DNA of 64,000 nucleotides, from assembly GCA_028687035.1 (NCBI GenBank), contig JAQUAX010000015.1, positions 949 through 64,948 on the forward strand, written 5' to 3'. Below the pieces are notes generated by a model, which worked only from the letters and a program-made list of their open reading frames with translations, was not told where the DNA came from and did not search any database. A program made the position numbers and the translations under genes. This document shows positions 55,418 to 64,000 of the stretch, piece by piece (position 1 is the first letter of the stretch; every line of letters starts with the position of its first letter). Origin of the DNA: Dechloromonas sp. (GTDB lineage Bacteria; Pseudomonadota; Gammaproteobacteria; Burkholderiales; Rhodocyclaceae).

Positions 55418-56182
55418 ATGCAGATCGAAAACAATGTGTTCGTGGTCACCGGCGGTGCGTCCGGTCTGGGGGCGGCGACCGCCCGGATGATCGTCGATGC
55501 CGGCGGTAAGGTCGTCCTCGCCGACGTCAATGCCGAGGCCGGCGAGCGCTACGCCGCCGAGCTCGGCGCGGCGGCGCGTTTCGTGCAGACCGACGTCACC
55601 CGCGAGGAGAGCGCCCGCGCCGCCTTCGCCGCAGCCTGCGAACTGGGCACGCTGCGCGGCCTGGTCAATTGCGCCGGCATCGCACCGGGCGAAAAGGTGG
55701 TCGGCAAGGAAGGCCCGCACAAGCTCGAGAGCTTCGCCCGCACGATCAACATCAACCTGATCGGCAGCTTCAACATGCTGCGCCTGGCCGCCGAAATCAT
55801 GAGTGCCGCGGCGCCCGACGCCACCGGCGAGCGCGGCGTCATCGTCAATACCGCTTCGGTCGCCGCGTTCGACGGCCAGCTCGGCCAGGCGGCCTATGCC
55901 GCGTCGAAGGGCGGCATCGTCGCGATGACCCTGCCGATCGCCCGCGAACTGGCGCGTTCCGGCATCCGCATCATGACCATCGCGCCGGGCATCATGGAAA
56001 CGCCGATGCTGCTCGGCATGCCGCCGGAAGTTCAGGAGGCCCTCGGCAAGATGGTTCCCTTCCCGTCGCGCCTGGGCAAGCCGGCCGAATACGCCGCGCT
56101 GGTCCAGCACATTTTCAGCAATCAGTACCTGAACGGCGAAGTCATCCGCATGGATGGCGCCATCCGCATGGCCGCCAAGTAA
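55418..56182 (+). CDS. Type II 3-hydroxyacyl-CoA (3-hydroxy-2-methylbutyryl-CoA) dehydrogenase, SDR family
   Basis: Motifs VTGGASGLG and [19 protein letters not shown] are very close to the HSD17B10-type motif. SD AGGAGGAGA is present. Confidence 0.8.
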   Translation: MQIENNVFVVTGGASGLGAATARMIVDAGGKVVLADVNAEAGERYAAELGAAARFVQTDVTREESARAAFAAACELGTLRGLVNCAGIAPGEKVVGKEGPHKLESFARTININLIGSFNMLRLAAEIMSAAAPDATGERGVIVNTASVAAFDGQLGQAAYAASKGGIVAMTLPIARELARSGIRIMTIAPGIMETPMLLGMPPEVQEALGKMVPFPSRLGKPAEYAALVQHIFSNQYLNGEVIRMDGAIRMAAK

Positions 56183-56204
56183 TCCAGCCACCGGGAGAAA
56201 ACAC

Positions 56205-57398
56205 ATGTCGCAAGATCCTATCGTTATCGTCTCCGCCGCCCGCACCCCGATGGGCAGCTTCCAGGGCGGCTTCTCCAGTCTGACCGCCGCCAACCTCGGC
56301 GCCGTCGCGATCAAGGCCGCCGTCGAGCGTGCCGGCATCGACGCCGACCTGATCGAGGAAGTCCTGATGGGCTGCGTGCTGCAGGCCGGCCAGGGCCAGG
56401 CGCCGGCCCGCCAGGCCGCGCTGCAGGCCGGGCTGCCGCTCACCGCCGGCTGTGCCACCATCCACAAGGTCTGCGGTTCGGCGATGAAGGCGACCATGCT
56501 CGGCCACGACGGCATCCTGGCCGGCTCCTACGGCGCGGCCGTGGTCGGCGGCATGGAGTCGATGACCAACGCCCCCTACCTGATGACGAAGGCACGCGGC
56601 GGCTACCGCCTCGGCCACGGCCAGCTCTTCGACCACATGTTCCTCGACGGCCTGGAAGACAGCTACGGCAAGGAAACCCGCGGCCGCCTGATGGGCACCT
56701 TCGCCGAAGAGTGCGCGGCCACTTACGGCTTCACCCGCGAAGCGCAGGACGAGTTCGCGGTGCGTTCGACGACGCGCGCCATCGAGGCCAGCCACAACGG
56801 CGCCTTCGCCTGGGAAATTGCGCCGGTGACCGTCGCCGGCCGCAAGGGCGACGTCGTCATCGACAAGGACGAAGGCCCGTTCGCGGTCAACGTCGAAAAA
56901 ATCCCGACTTTGAAGCCGGCGTTCAAGAAGGACGGCACGGTCACCGCCGCCAACTCGTCGTCGATTTCCGACGGCGCCGCGGCGATGGTGCTGATGCGCG
57001 CGTCCCAGGCGGAAAAGCTCGGCCTCAACCCGGTCGCCCGCATCGTCGGCCACACCACGCATGCCGGCGTGCCGGCGCTGTTCCCGTCGGCCCCGGTCGG
57101 CTCGCTGCAGAAATTGTTCGCGAAAACCGGGTGGACCGCGGAAAGCGTCGACCTGTACGAGATCAACGAAGCCTTCGCCGTCGTCACGATGGCGGCGCTG
57201 CACGACCTCAGGCTCGACCCGGCCAGGGTCAACGTGCATGGCGGCGCCTGCGCGCTGGGCCACCCGATCGGCGCTTCCGGCGCGCGCATCATCGTCACGC
57301 TGCTCGGCGCGCTGAAGAAGACCGGCGGCAAGCGCGGCGTCGCCAGCCTGTGCATCGGCGGCGGCGAAGCCACCGCGCTCGGCGTCGAGCTGCTGTAA
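56205..57398 (+). CDS. Acetyl-CoA C-acyltransferase (thiolase)
   Basis: Motifs [14 protein letters not shown], the active-site region KVCGSAMKA, and [20 protein letters not shown] near the C-terminus. Confidence 0.9.
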   Translation: MSQDPIVIVSAARTPMGSFQGGFSSLTAANLGAVAIKAAVERAGIDADLIEEVLMGCVLQAGQGQAPARQAALQAGLPLTAGCATIHKVCGSAMKATMLGHDGILAGSYGAAVVGGMESMTNAPYLMTKARGGYRLGHGQLFDHMFLDGLEDSYGKETRGRLMGTFAEECAATYGFTREAQDEFAVRSTTRAIEASHNGAFAWEIAPVTVAGRKGDVVIDKDEGPFAVNVEKIPTLKPAFKKDGTVTAANSSSISDGAAAMVLMRASQAEKLGLNPVARIVGHTTHAGVPALFPSAPVGSLQKLFAKTGWTAESVDLYEINEAFAVVTMAALHDLRLDPARVNVHGGACALGHPIGASGARIIVTLLGALKKTGGKRGVASLCIGGGEATALGVELL

Positions 57399-57420
57399 TC
57401 AACCGGGCGAGGAGACCAAC

Positions 57421-58557
57421 ATGATTCTGACCCAGGAACAGGAAATGATCCGCGACGCGATGCGCGCATTTGCGCAGGAGCGTCTGGCCCCCTTCGCGGC
57501 CGATTGGGACCGCCACCACACCTTCCCGGCCGACGCGCTGAAGGAGCTCGGCGAACTCGGCGCGATGGGCATGTGCGTGCCCGAGGAATGGGGCGGCGCC
57601 GGCATGGACTACATGTCGCTGGTGCTGACGCTGGAAGAAATCGCCGCCGGCGACGGCGCGACCTCGACCATCGTTTCGGTGCAGAACTCGCTGGCCTGCG
57701 GCATCACGCAGAAGTACGGCACCGACCAGCAGAAGGAAGAATGGCTGAAGCCGCTCGCCCGCGGCGAAAAGCTCGGCTGTTTCTGCCTGACCGAGCCGCA
57801 CACCGGCTCCGATGCGGCGGCGATCACCACGCGCGCCGACCGCGACGGCGACTTCTTCGTGCTGAACGGCGTCAAGCAGTTCATCACCACCGGCAAGCAC
57901 GCCCACATGGCGATCGTCTTCGCGGTCACCGACAAGGCGGCCGGCAAGAAGGGCATCTCCTGCTTCCTGGTGCCGACCGACACCCCCGGCTTCATCGTCG
58001 GCCGCGTCGAGGAAAAGATGGGCCAGCACGCGTCCGACACCGTGCAGATCATTTTCGAGAACTGCCGCGTGCCGGCCAGCGCGCTGCTCGGCAAGGAAGG
58101 CGAAGGCTACCGGATCGCGCTGTCCAACCTCGAAGCCGGCCGCATCGGCATCGCCGCGCAGAGCATCGGCATGGCGCGCGCCGCGTTCGAGGCCGCCGTC
58201 CGTTACGCCAAGGAGCGCGTGACTTTCGGCCAGCCGATCATCGAACACCAGGCGGTCAATTTCCGTCTGGCCGACATGAACACGCTGCTCGACGCCGCCC
58301 GCCTGATGGTCTGGCGCGCCGCCCAGCTGAAGGACGCCGGCAAGCCCTGCCTGAAGGAAGCGTCGATGGCCAAGATGTTCGCCTCCGAGGCCGCCGAGAA
58401 GATCGCCTCGGACGCCATCCAGATCCACGGCGGCGTCGGCTACACCAGCGACTTCCCGGTCGAGCGCATCTACCGCGACGTCCGCATCAGCCAGATCTAC
58501 GAAGGCGCCAACGACATCCAGCGCCTGGTGATCGGGCGCACGATCGCCGCCGAATAA
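57421..58557 (+). CDS. Acyl-CoA dehydrogenase (short/branched-chain type)
   Basis: 378 aa. Motifs [11 protein letters not shown] and [33 protein letters not shown] are present. Confidence 0.9.
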   Translation: MILTQEQEMIRDAMRAFAQERLAPFAADWDRHHTFPADALKELGELGAMGMCVPEEWGGAGMDYMSLVLTLEEIAAGDGATSTIVSVQNSLACGITQKYGTDQQKEEWLKPLARGEKLGCFCLTEPHTGSDAAAITTRADRDGDFFVLNGVKQFITTGKHAHMAIVFAVTDKAAGKKGISCFLVPTDTPGFIVGRVEEKMGQHASDTVQIIFENCRVPASALLGKEGEGYRIALSNLEAGRIGIAAQSIGMARAAFEAAVRYAKERVTFGQPIIEHQAVNFRLADMNTLLDAARLMVWRAAQLKDAGKPCLKEASMAKMFASEAAEKIASDAIQIHGGVGYTSDFPVERIYRDVRISQIYEGANDIQRLVIGRTIAAE

Positions 58558-58632
58558 GGGCGATCCCGGGGCGGCGGGCCAGACCCGCCGACCCCGGTCA
58601 TATAACAAGCAGACAAGACACTAGGAGGAAAA

Positions 58633-60276
58633 ATGTCCGTTGAAAATCCGTTTACCGCGGGGCTGGACCGCAATGCGGCCAACTATGTGCCCCTGTCGCC
58701 GCTGAGCTTCCTCGAGCGCTCCGCCTTCGTCTACCCGAAGCGGATTGCGGTGATCCAGGGGGCGCGCCAATACACCTGGGCCGAAACCTACCGGCGCTGC
58801 CGCCAGCTCGGCTCGGCACTGGCCGGCCGCGGCATAGGCAAGGGCGACACCGTCGCCGTGATGCTCCCGAACACCGCGCCGATGTTCGAGGCGCATTTCG
58901 GCATCGCGATGTGCGGCGCCGTGCTGAACACGCTGAACACCCGCCTCGACGCCGAGATGGTCGCCTTCATGCTCGACCACGGCGAGGCGCGGGTGCTGAT
59001 CACCGATCCCGAATTTTCGGCCATCGTCAAGGAAGCGCTGACGCTGATCAAGGGGCCGCGGCCGCTGGTCATCGATGCGCTCGATCCCGATTACGCCGGT
59101 GGCGAGGCGCTGGGCGAGAAGGATTACGAGAGCTTCCTGGCCGAGGGCGACCCGGACTACGCCTGGTCGCTGCCCGACGACGAGTGGGACGCGATCACCC
59201 TGAACTACACGTCGGGCACGACCGGCAATCCGAAGGGCGTCGTCTATCACCACCGCGGTGCCTACCTGAACGCCGCCAGCAACATCATCTCCTGGGGCAT
59301 GCCGCCGCATGCGACCTATCTGTGGACGCTGCCGATGTTCCATGCCAACGGCTGGTGCTTCGTCTGGGCGCTCGCCGCCAATGCCGGGACCAGCGTCTGC
59401 CTGCGGCGCATCGAGGTCGGCGCGATCTTCGACCTGATCCGCCAGCACAAGGTCAGCCACATGTGCGGCGCGCCGATCATCTACGGCATGATGATCAACG
59501 CCCCGGCCGAACTGCGTGCCGGCATCGATCATCCGGTCAGCGGCCTGATCGCCGGCGCGGCGCCCCCGGCGGCGATCATCGAGGGGGCCGAGCTGATCGG
59601 CCTGAACATCACCCACGTCTATGGCCTGACCGAAACCTACGGCCCGGCTTCGGTCTGCGCCAAGCATCCGGAATGGGAGACGCTGCCGCTCGACCTGCGC
59701 ACGGCGCGCAACGGCCGCCAGGGCGTGCCTTACCACATGCAGCAGGCGGTCACCGTGCTCGATCCGGATACCATGCAACCGGTCCCCTGGGACGGCGAGA
59801 CGATGGGCGAGATCATGTTCCGCGGCAACCTGGTCATGAAGGGCTACCTGAAGAACGAGAAGGCGACGCAGGAAGCCTTCGCCGGCGGCTGGTTCCATTC
59901 CGGCGACCTGGCGGTCGTCCACAGCGACGGCTACGTCAAGATCAAGGACCGCTCCAAGGACATCATCATCTCCGGCGGCGAGAACATCTCGTCGCTGGAA
60001 GTCGAGGACGTGCTCTACCGCCACCCGGCGGTGATCGCCGCGGCGGTCGTCGCCAAGCCCGACGGGAAGTGGGGCGAGGTGCCCTGCGCCTTCGTCGAGC
60101 TGCGCAACGGCAGCACGCCGACGGTCGCCGAGATCGTCGCCTACTGCCGCGAGCACATGGCGCACTTCAAGGTGCCCAAGGAAATCGTTTTCGGCGAACT
60201 GCCGAAGACCTCGACCGGCAAGATCCAGAAATACGTTCTGCGCCAGGCCGCCAGGTCGGCGCAGGCGATCGAGTGA
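58633..60276 (+). CDS. Medium-chain acyl-CoA synthetase (AMP-binding)
   Basis: Motifs [27 protein letters not shown] and [19 protein letters not shown] is present. Confidence 0.85.
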   Translation: MSVENPFTAGLDRNAANYVPLSPLSFLERSAFVYPKRIAVIQGARQYTWAETYRRCRQLGSALAGRGIGKGDTVAVMLPNTAPMFEAHFGIAMCGAVLNTLNTRLDAEMVAFMLDHGEARVLITDPEFSAIVKEALTLIKGPRPLVIDALDPDYAGGEALGEKDYESFLAEGDPDYAWSLPDDEWDAITLNYTSGTTGNPKGVVYHHRGAYLNAASNIISWGMPPHATYLWTLPMFHANGWCFVWALAANAGTSVCLRRIEVGAIFDLIRQHKVSHMCGAPIIYGMMINAPAELRAGIDHPVSGLIAGAAPPAAIIEGAELIGLNITHVYGLTETYGPASVCAKHPEWETLPLDLRTARNGRQGVPYHMQQAVTVLDPDTMQPVPWDGETMGEIMFRGNLVMKGYLKNEKATQEAFAGGWFHSGDLAVVHSDGYVKIKDRSKDIIISGGENISSLEVEDVLYRHPAVIAAAVVAKPDGKWGEVPCAFVELRNGSTPTVAEIVAYCREHMAHFKVPKEIVFGELPKTSTGKIQKYVLRQAARSAQAIE

Positions 60277-60280
60277 GAGC

Positions 60281-60309
60281 GGCTGCCCGGCGCATCGCGC
60301 CGGGCAGCC
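60281..60309 (+). terminator. 13-bp GC hairpin after the acyl-CoA synthetase (no U-tract)
   Basis: GGCTGCCCGGCGC (60281-60293) pairs with GCGCCGGGCAGCC (60297-60309) across a 3-nt loop. It may be an intra-operon attenuator or RNA-stability element. Confidence 0.4.
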
Positions 60310-60356
60310 TCCGCCGCAATCTTGAGCCGGCAGCGCGTGCCGGCGAGGAGCTCCTG

Positions 60357-61133
60357 ATGGATTTCGAATACGTTGTGCCCGAGCGCATCGGGCGGGTCGG
60401 CCGGATCACGCTGAACCGGCCGAAGCAGCTGAATGCACTGAACGACGCCCTGATGCAGGAATTGACCGCCGCCCTCGACGATTTCGAGGCGGATGCCGGG
60501 ATCGGCTGCATCCTGATCACCGGCAGCCCGCGCGCCTTTGCCGCGGGGGCCGATATCGATGCGATGAAGGACTGGACCTACACCGACGTCTATGCCGCCG
60601 ATTACATCACCGCCACCTGGGAGCGCCTGAAGCGCTGCCGCAAGCCGGTGGTCGCCGCGGTCGCCGGCTACGCGCTGGGCGGCGGCTGCGAGCTGGCGAT
60701 GATGTGCGACATCATCATCGCGGCCGACGATGCGGTCTTCGGCCAGCCCGAGATCCGGCTCGGCGTGCTGCCCGGCGCGGGCGGAACGCAGCGCCTGCCG
60801 CGTGCGGTCGGCAAGGCGAAGGCGATGGACCTGTGCCTGACCGCCCGCAACCTCGGCGCGGCCGAGGCCGAGCGCGCCGGCCTGGTGAGCCGGGTCGTGC
60901 CGGCCGAGTGCCTGCTCGACGAGGCGATGGCCTGTGCCGAAAAGGTCGCCTCGTATTCGCTGCCGGTCGCGATGATGATCAAGGAGTGCGTCAACCGCGC
61001 CTTCGAAAGCGGCCTGAACGAGGGGCTGCTGTTCGAGCGCCGGGTTTTCCATTCCGCCTTTGCGCTGGCGGACCGCAAGGAAGGGATGACCGCCTTCCTC
61101 GAAAAGCGGGCGCCGACTTTCGACCATCGTTGA
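60357..61133 (+). CDS. Enoyl-CoA hydratase (crotonase family)
   Basis: Motifs [20 protein letters not shown] and [15 protein letters not shown]. Confidence 0.9.
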   Translation: MDFEYVVPERIGRVGRITLNRPKQLNALNDALMQELTAALDDFEADAGIGCILITGSPRAFAAGADIDAMKDWTYTDVYAADYITATWERLKRCRKPVVAAVAGYALGGGCELAMMCDIIIAADDAVFGQPEIRLGVLPGAGGTQRLPRAVGKAKAMDLCLTARNLGAAEAERAGLVSRVVPAECLLDEAMACAEKVASYSLPVAMMIKECVNRAFESGLNEGLLFERRVFHSAFALADRKEGMTAFLEKRAPTFDHR

Positions 61134-61144
61134 CAGGAATTCCC

Positions 61145-62329
61145 GTGCAACAGCAAACAAGCAATCAGGCGACGCGGCGCGGCCCGCTGGCCGGTGTCAA
61201 GGTTCTCGAATTCGCCGGGATCGGCCCGGGACCGTTCTGCGGCATGCTGCTCGCCGACATGGGGGCGGAAGTCATCCTGCTCGAACGCGCCGGCGGCACC
61301 TTCGCGTCGCAGCTCTTCGGCGGCGGCCGCAAGGCGGTCGCCAACCGCGGCAAGCAGTCGCTGTGCATCGACCTCAAGCACCCGGACAGCAAGGCGCTGG
61401 TCACCCGGCTGATCGGCCAGGTCGACGTGCTGATCGAGGGCTACCGGCCCGGCGTCATGGAGCGTCTGGGTTTCGGTCCGGCCGACTGCCTGGCGGTCAA
61501 TCCGCGCCTGGTCTATGGCCGGATGACCGGCTGGGGGCAGAACGGGCCGCTCGCCCAGCGAGCCGGGCACGACGCCAATTACGCGGCGATCTCGGGCGCG
61601 CTCGATACCGGCCGCCGCCACGGCGGCGCGCCGTGGGCGCCGCCGACGCTGGTCGGCGACATGGGCGGCGGCGGCCTGCTGCTCGCCTGGGGCATCGCCT
61701 GCGCGCTGTTCGAGGCGCAGCGCAGCGGCCAGGGCCAGGTGATCGACGCGGCGATGTGCGAAGGCGCCGCGCTGCTCGCGCACGGGCTCTTCAACCTGAA
61801 CGCGATCGGTGCCTGGGACGGCCATTGCGCGCTCGACACCAGCGCCCCGTTCTACGACGTCTACCCGTGTGCCGACGGCGAGTGGCTGACCGTCTGCCCG
61901 CTCGAGCCGCAGTTCTACGCCGCCTTCGTCGAGCGCCTGGGACTGGCCGGCGATCCCGACTTCGCCGGCCAACAGTACGACACCGCGCGCTGGCCCGCCC
62001 AGAAGGCGCGCCTGACCGAACTGTTCGGGACCCGGGAACGCGCCTACTGGCTGGAAGTCTTCGCCGATACCGACGACTGCGTCTGGCCGGTGCTGAGCAT
62101 GGACGAAGCGCCGCAGCATCCGCACAACCGCGCGCGCGACAGTTTCGTCGAGGTCGCCGGCATCGTGCAGCCGGCGCCGGCACCCAAGCTGTCGCGGACC
62201 CCCGGCCAGGTGCAGGGCGAGCCGCCGCTGCAGGGCGAGCACAGCCGGGCCCAGCTGCTGGCGCTCGGCCTGAGCGCGGCCGAAGTTGACGATCTGGCCG
62301 CGGCCGGCGTGATCCGCTGTGCCGGCTGA
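61145..62329 (+). CDS. CaiB/BaiF family III CoA-transferase / alpha-methylacyl-CoA racemase-like protein
   Basis: N-terminus PLAGVKVLEFAGIGPGPFCGMLLADMGAEVILLER is typical of the family. A GTG start at 61145 has AGGA 7 nt upstream. Confidence 0.8.
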   Translation: MQQQTSNQATRRGPLAGVKVLEFAGIGPGPFCGMLLADMGAEVILLERAGGTFASQLFGGGRKAVANRGKQSLCIDLKHPDSKALVTRLIGQVDVLIEGYRPGVMERLGFGPADCLAVNPRLVYGRMTGWGQNGPLAQRAGHDANYAAISGALDTGRRHGGAPWAPPTLVGDMGGGGLLLAWGIACALFEAQRSGQGQVIDAAMCEGAALLAHGLFNLNAIGAWDGHCALDTSAPFYDVYPCADGEWLTVCPLEPQFYAAFVERLGLAGDPDFAGQQYDTARWPAQKARLTELFGTRERAYWLEVFADTDDCVWPVLSMDEAPQHPHNRARDSFVEVAGIVQPAPAPKLSRTPGQVQGEPPLQGEHSRAQLLALGLSAAEVDDLAAAGVIRCAG

Positions 62330-62384
62330 CGCGGCGTCGGCCGCCTCCTTTCCCAACGACATGGCGAACCGCCAGGACCCGACA

Positions 62385-63077
62385 ATGAGCGATCCCCAGC
62401 AACAAGCCATCGACGGCGTCATCGAACGCCGCTATTCCTGCCGTGCCTATCTGCCCGACGAAGTGCCGCGGGCGACGATCGAGGCAATCCTCAAGGTCGC
62501 CGCGCGGGCGCCCTCGGGCACCAATACGCAGCCGTGGAAGGTCCGGGTGCTGACCGGCGAGCGCAAGACCCGGCTCAGCGCGAAGATCGTCGCCGCCTTC
62601 GACGATCCGGAAGAAGCGGCGACCCACGCCGAGTGCTATCCCTATTACCCGAGCCAGTGGGTGTCGCCCTACATCGACCGCCGGCGCAAGGTCGGCTTCG
62701 ACCTCTACAAGCTGCTTGGCATCCAGAAGGGCGACGCCGGACGCATGCACCGCCAGCATGCGCGCAATTTCGAGTTCTTCGGCGCCCCGGTCGGCCTGGT
62801 CTTCACGATCGACAAGCTGATGGAACAGGGCAGCTGGCTGGACTACGGCATGTTCCTGCAGAACGTCATGCTCGCTGCCAAGGCGCGTGGCCTCGACACC
62901 TGTCCGCAGGCCGCCTTCGTGCAGTTCCACCGCATCCTGCGCGAGGAGCTGGCGATTCCGGAAGCCGAGACCGTCGTCTGCGCCATGGCGCTCGGCCATG
63001 CCGATCCGGATGCGCCGGAAAACGCGCTGCGCACCGAGCGTGCGCCGCTCGACGAGTGGGTCAGGTTCGAGGACTGA
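62385..63077 (+). CDS. Nitroreductase family protein
   Basis: Motifs RRYSCRAYL and APSGTNTQPW. An alternative start is at 62361. Confidence 0.8.
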   Translation: MSDPQQQAIDGVIERRYSCRAYLPDEVPRATIEAILKVAARAPSGTNTQPWKVRVLTGERKTRLSAKIVAAFDDPEEAATHAECYPYYPSQWVSPYIDRRRKVGFDLYKLLGIQKGDAGRMHRQHARNFEFFGAPVGLVFTIDKLMEQGSWLDYGMFLQNVMLAAKARGLDTCPQAAFVQFHRILREELAIPEAETVVCAMALGHADPDAPENALRTERAPLDEWVRFED

Positions 63078-63128
63078 TTTCCCGAACCCGTAGCGGGCCG
63101 GCCCGGCGATCCGCGCAGGCCGGCCGGA

Positions 63129-63166
63129 CTGCGTTTCGCCCGCGACCGGCGCGGGGCGAAACGCAG
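63129..63166. terminator. 13-bp hairpin between convergent nitroreductase and lipA
   Basis: CTGCGTTTCGCCC (63129-63141) pairs with GGGCGAAACGCAG (63154-63166) across a 12-nt loop. Confidence 0.45.
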
Positions 63167-63180
63167 TTCAGCGCGATGAC

Positions 63181-64000
63181 TCAGGCGACGCCGGCGCTGT
63201 GTGCCTGCTGGTCGGCCCAGTACGAAGAGCGGACCATCGGGGCACAGGCGGCGCCCGAAAATCCCATCTTTTTCGCCTCATCTTCGTACATCTTGAAGAC
63301 GTCGGGGTGAACGTAGCGGACGACCGGCAAATGATGGCCGGTCGGCGCCAGGTACTGGCCGATGGTCAGCATCTCGACGTCGTGGGTGCGCAGGTCGCGC
63401 ATCACGTCGAGGATCTCGTCGTCGGTTTCGCCGAGGCCGACCATCAGGCCGGACTTGGTGTTGACCTGCGGGTAGCGCGCCTTGAAGCGCTTCAGGAATT
63501 CCAGTGAATGCGCGTAGTCGGCGCCGGGGCGGGCCTGCTTGTACAGCCGGGGCACGGTTTCCATGTTGTGGTTCAGCACGTCGGGCAGGGCCTGGCCGAG
63601 CACGTCGAGCGCGACGTCCATGCGGCCGCGGAAGTCCGGGACCAGCGTCTCGATGGTCGTCGTCGGCGACGCCTCGCGCACGGCGCGGATCACGTCGACG
63701 AAGTGCTGGGCGCCGCCGTCGCGCAGGTCGTCGCGGTCGACGCTGGTGATGACCACATAACGCAGTTTCAGCGCGGCGACCGATTCGGCCAGCTGGCGCG
63801 GTTCGTCCGGGTCGGGCGGCAGCGGCTGGCCATGGCCGACGTCGCAGAACGGGCAGCGGCGCGTGCAGATGTCGCCCAGGATCATGAAGGTCGCCGTGCC
63901 GCGCCCGAAGCATTCGCCGATGTTCGGGCAGGTCGCTTCCTCGCAGACGGTGTGCAGCTTCCGCTCGCGCAGCATGGATTTGATCTCGCCGAAGCGGCCG
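63181..64000 (-). CDS. lipA: Lipoyl synthase (5' end beyond window)
   Basis: Motifs [13 protein letters not shown] and the radical-SAM [10 protein letters not shown]. The reading frame is open to the window edge. Confidence 0.9.
   Translation of the reverse strand, partial: GRFGEIKSMLRERKLHTVCEEATCPNIGECFGRGTATFMILGDICTRRCPFCDVGHGQPLPPDPDEPRQLAESVAALKLRYVVITSVDRDDLRDGGAQHFVDVIRAVREASPTTTIETLVPDFRGRMDVALDVLGQALPDVLNHNMETVPRLYKQARPGADYAHSLEFLKRFKARYPQVNTKSGLMVGLGETDDEILDVMRDLRTHDVEMLTIGQYLAPTGHHLPVVRYVHPDVFKMYEDEAKKMGFSGAACAPMVRSSYWADQQAHSAGVA

Noticed and set aside
1-64000. A search by eye for CRISPR arrays, tRNA/rRNA genes, IS elements or transposases, integrases, toxin-antitoxin pairs and known defence-system genes.
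   Set aside because: None was found. Every intergenic gap is under 260 nt, there are no regularly spaced direct repeats, and no ORF has transposase, integrase, nuclease or ATPase defence-like motifs that I can recognise.

Overview
This is a densely coding, high-GC chromosomal segment, roughly two-thirds G+C by eye. Gene content looks betaproteobacterial (Rhodocyclales/Burkholderiales-like), but that taxonomic guess is inference only. I resolve about 59 protein-coding genes. I found no rRNA, tRNA, CRISPR array, IS element, integrase or phage gene.

The main theme is uptake and CoA-level catabolism of branched-chain and aliphatic acids:
- two Liv-type ABC importers, one flanked by two adenylate-forming CoA ligases
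- a fused indolepyruvate/2-oxoacid:ferredoxin oxidoreductase
- the fused isobutyryl-CoA mutase IcmF
- a CoA-transferase
- a full 2-methyl-branched beta-oxidation operon (HSD17B10-like dehydrogenase, thiolase, acyl-CoA dehydrogenase, ligase, hydratase, racemase-like CaiB protein)

Also present are an arsR-arsC-acr3 operon, NfeD/SPFH, two TerC paralogs, two Cache-type histidine kinases with a LuxR-type response regulator, and housekeeping genes (gpmI, hemJ, lipA).

Most worth a second look:
1. A lower-GC, translationally coupled amino-sugar tailoring operon at 40.8-45.1 kb. It embeds a BKACE/DUF849 beta-keto-acid cleavage enzyme and carries a frameshifted acyltransferase.
2. An envelope signalling module at 50.1-54.2 kb: small Pro/Cys-motif protein, glycine-zipper lipoprotein, FecR-domain protein, OmpA-like lipoprotein and a CHASE2/HD-GYP phosphodiesterase.
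3. An unannotated 39-codon membrane ORF with a strong SD inside an ABC operon.
4. A GC-rich palindrome (GCGGTCGACCGC core) recurring 7 times.

All family calls rest on motifs I recognise by eye. No database search was run, and start codons are best guesses. I cannot show that any of this is a truly undescribed system; the two clusters above are the best candidates.
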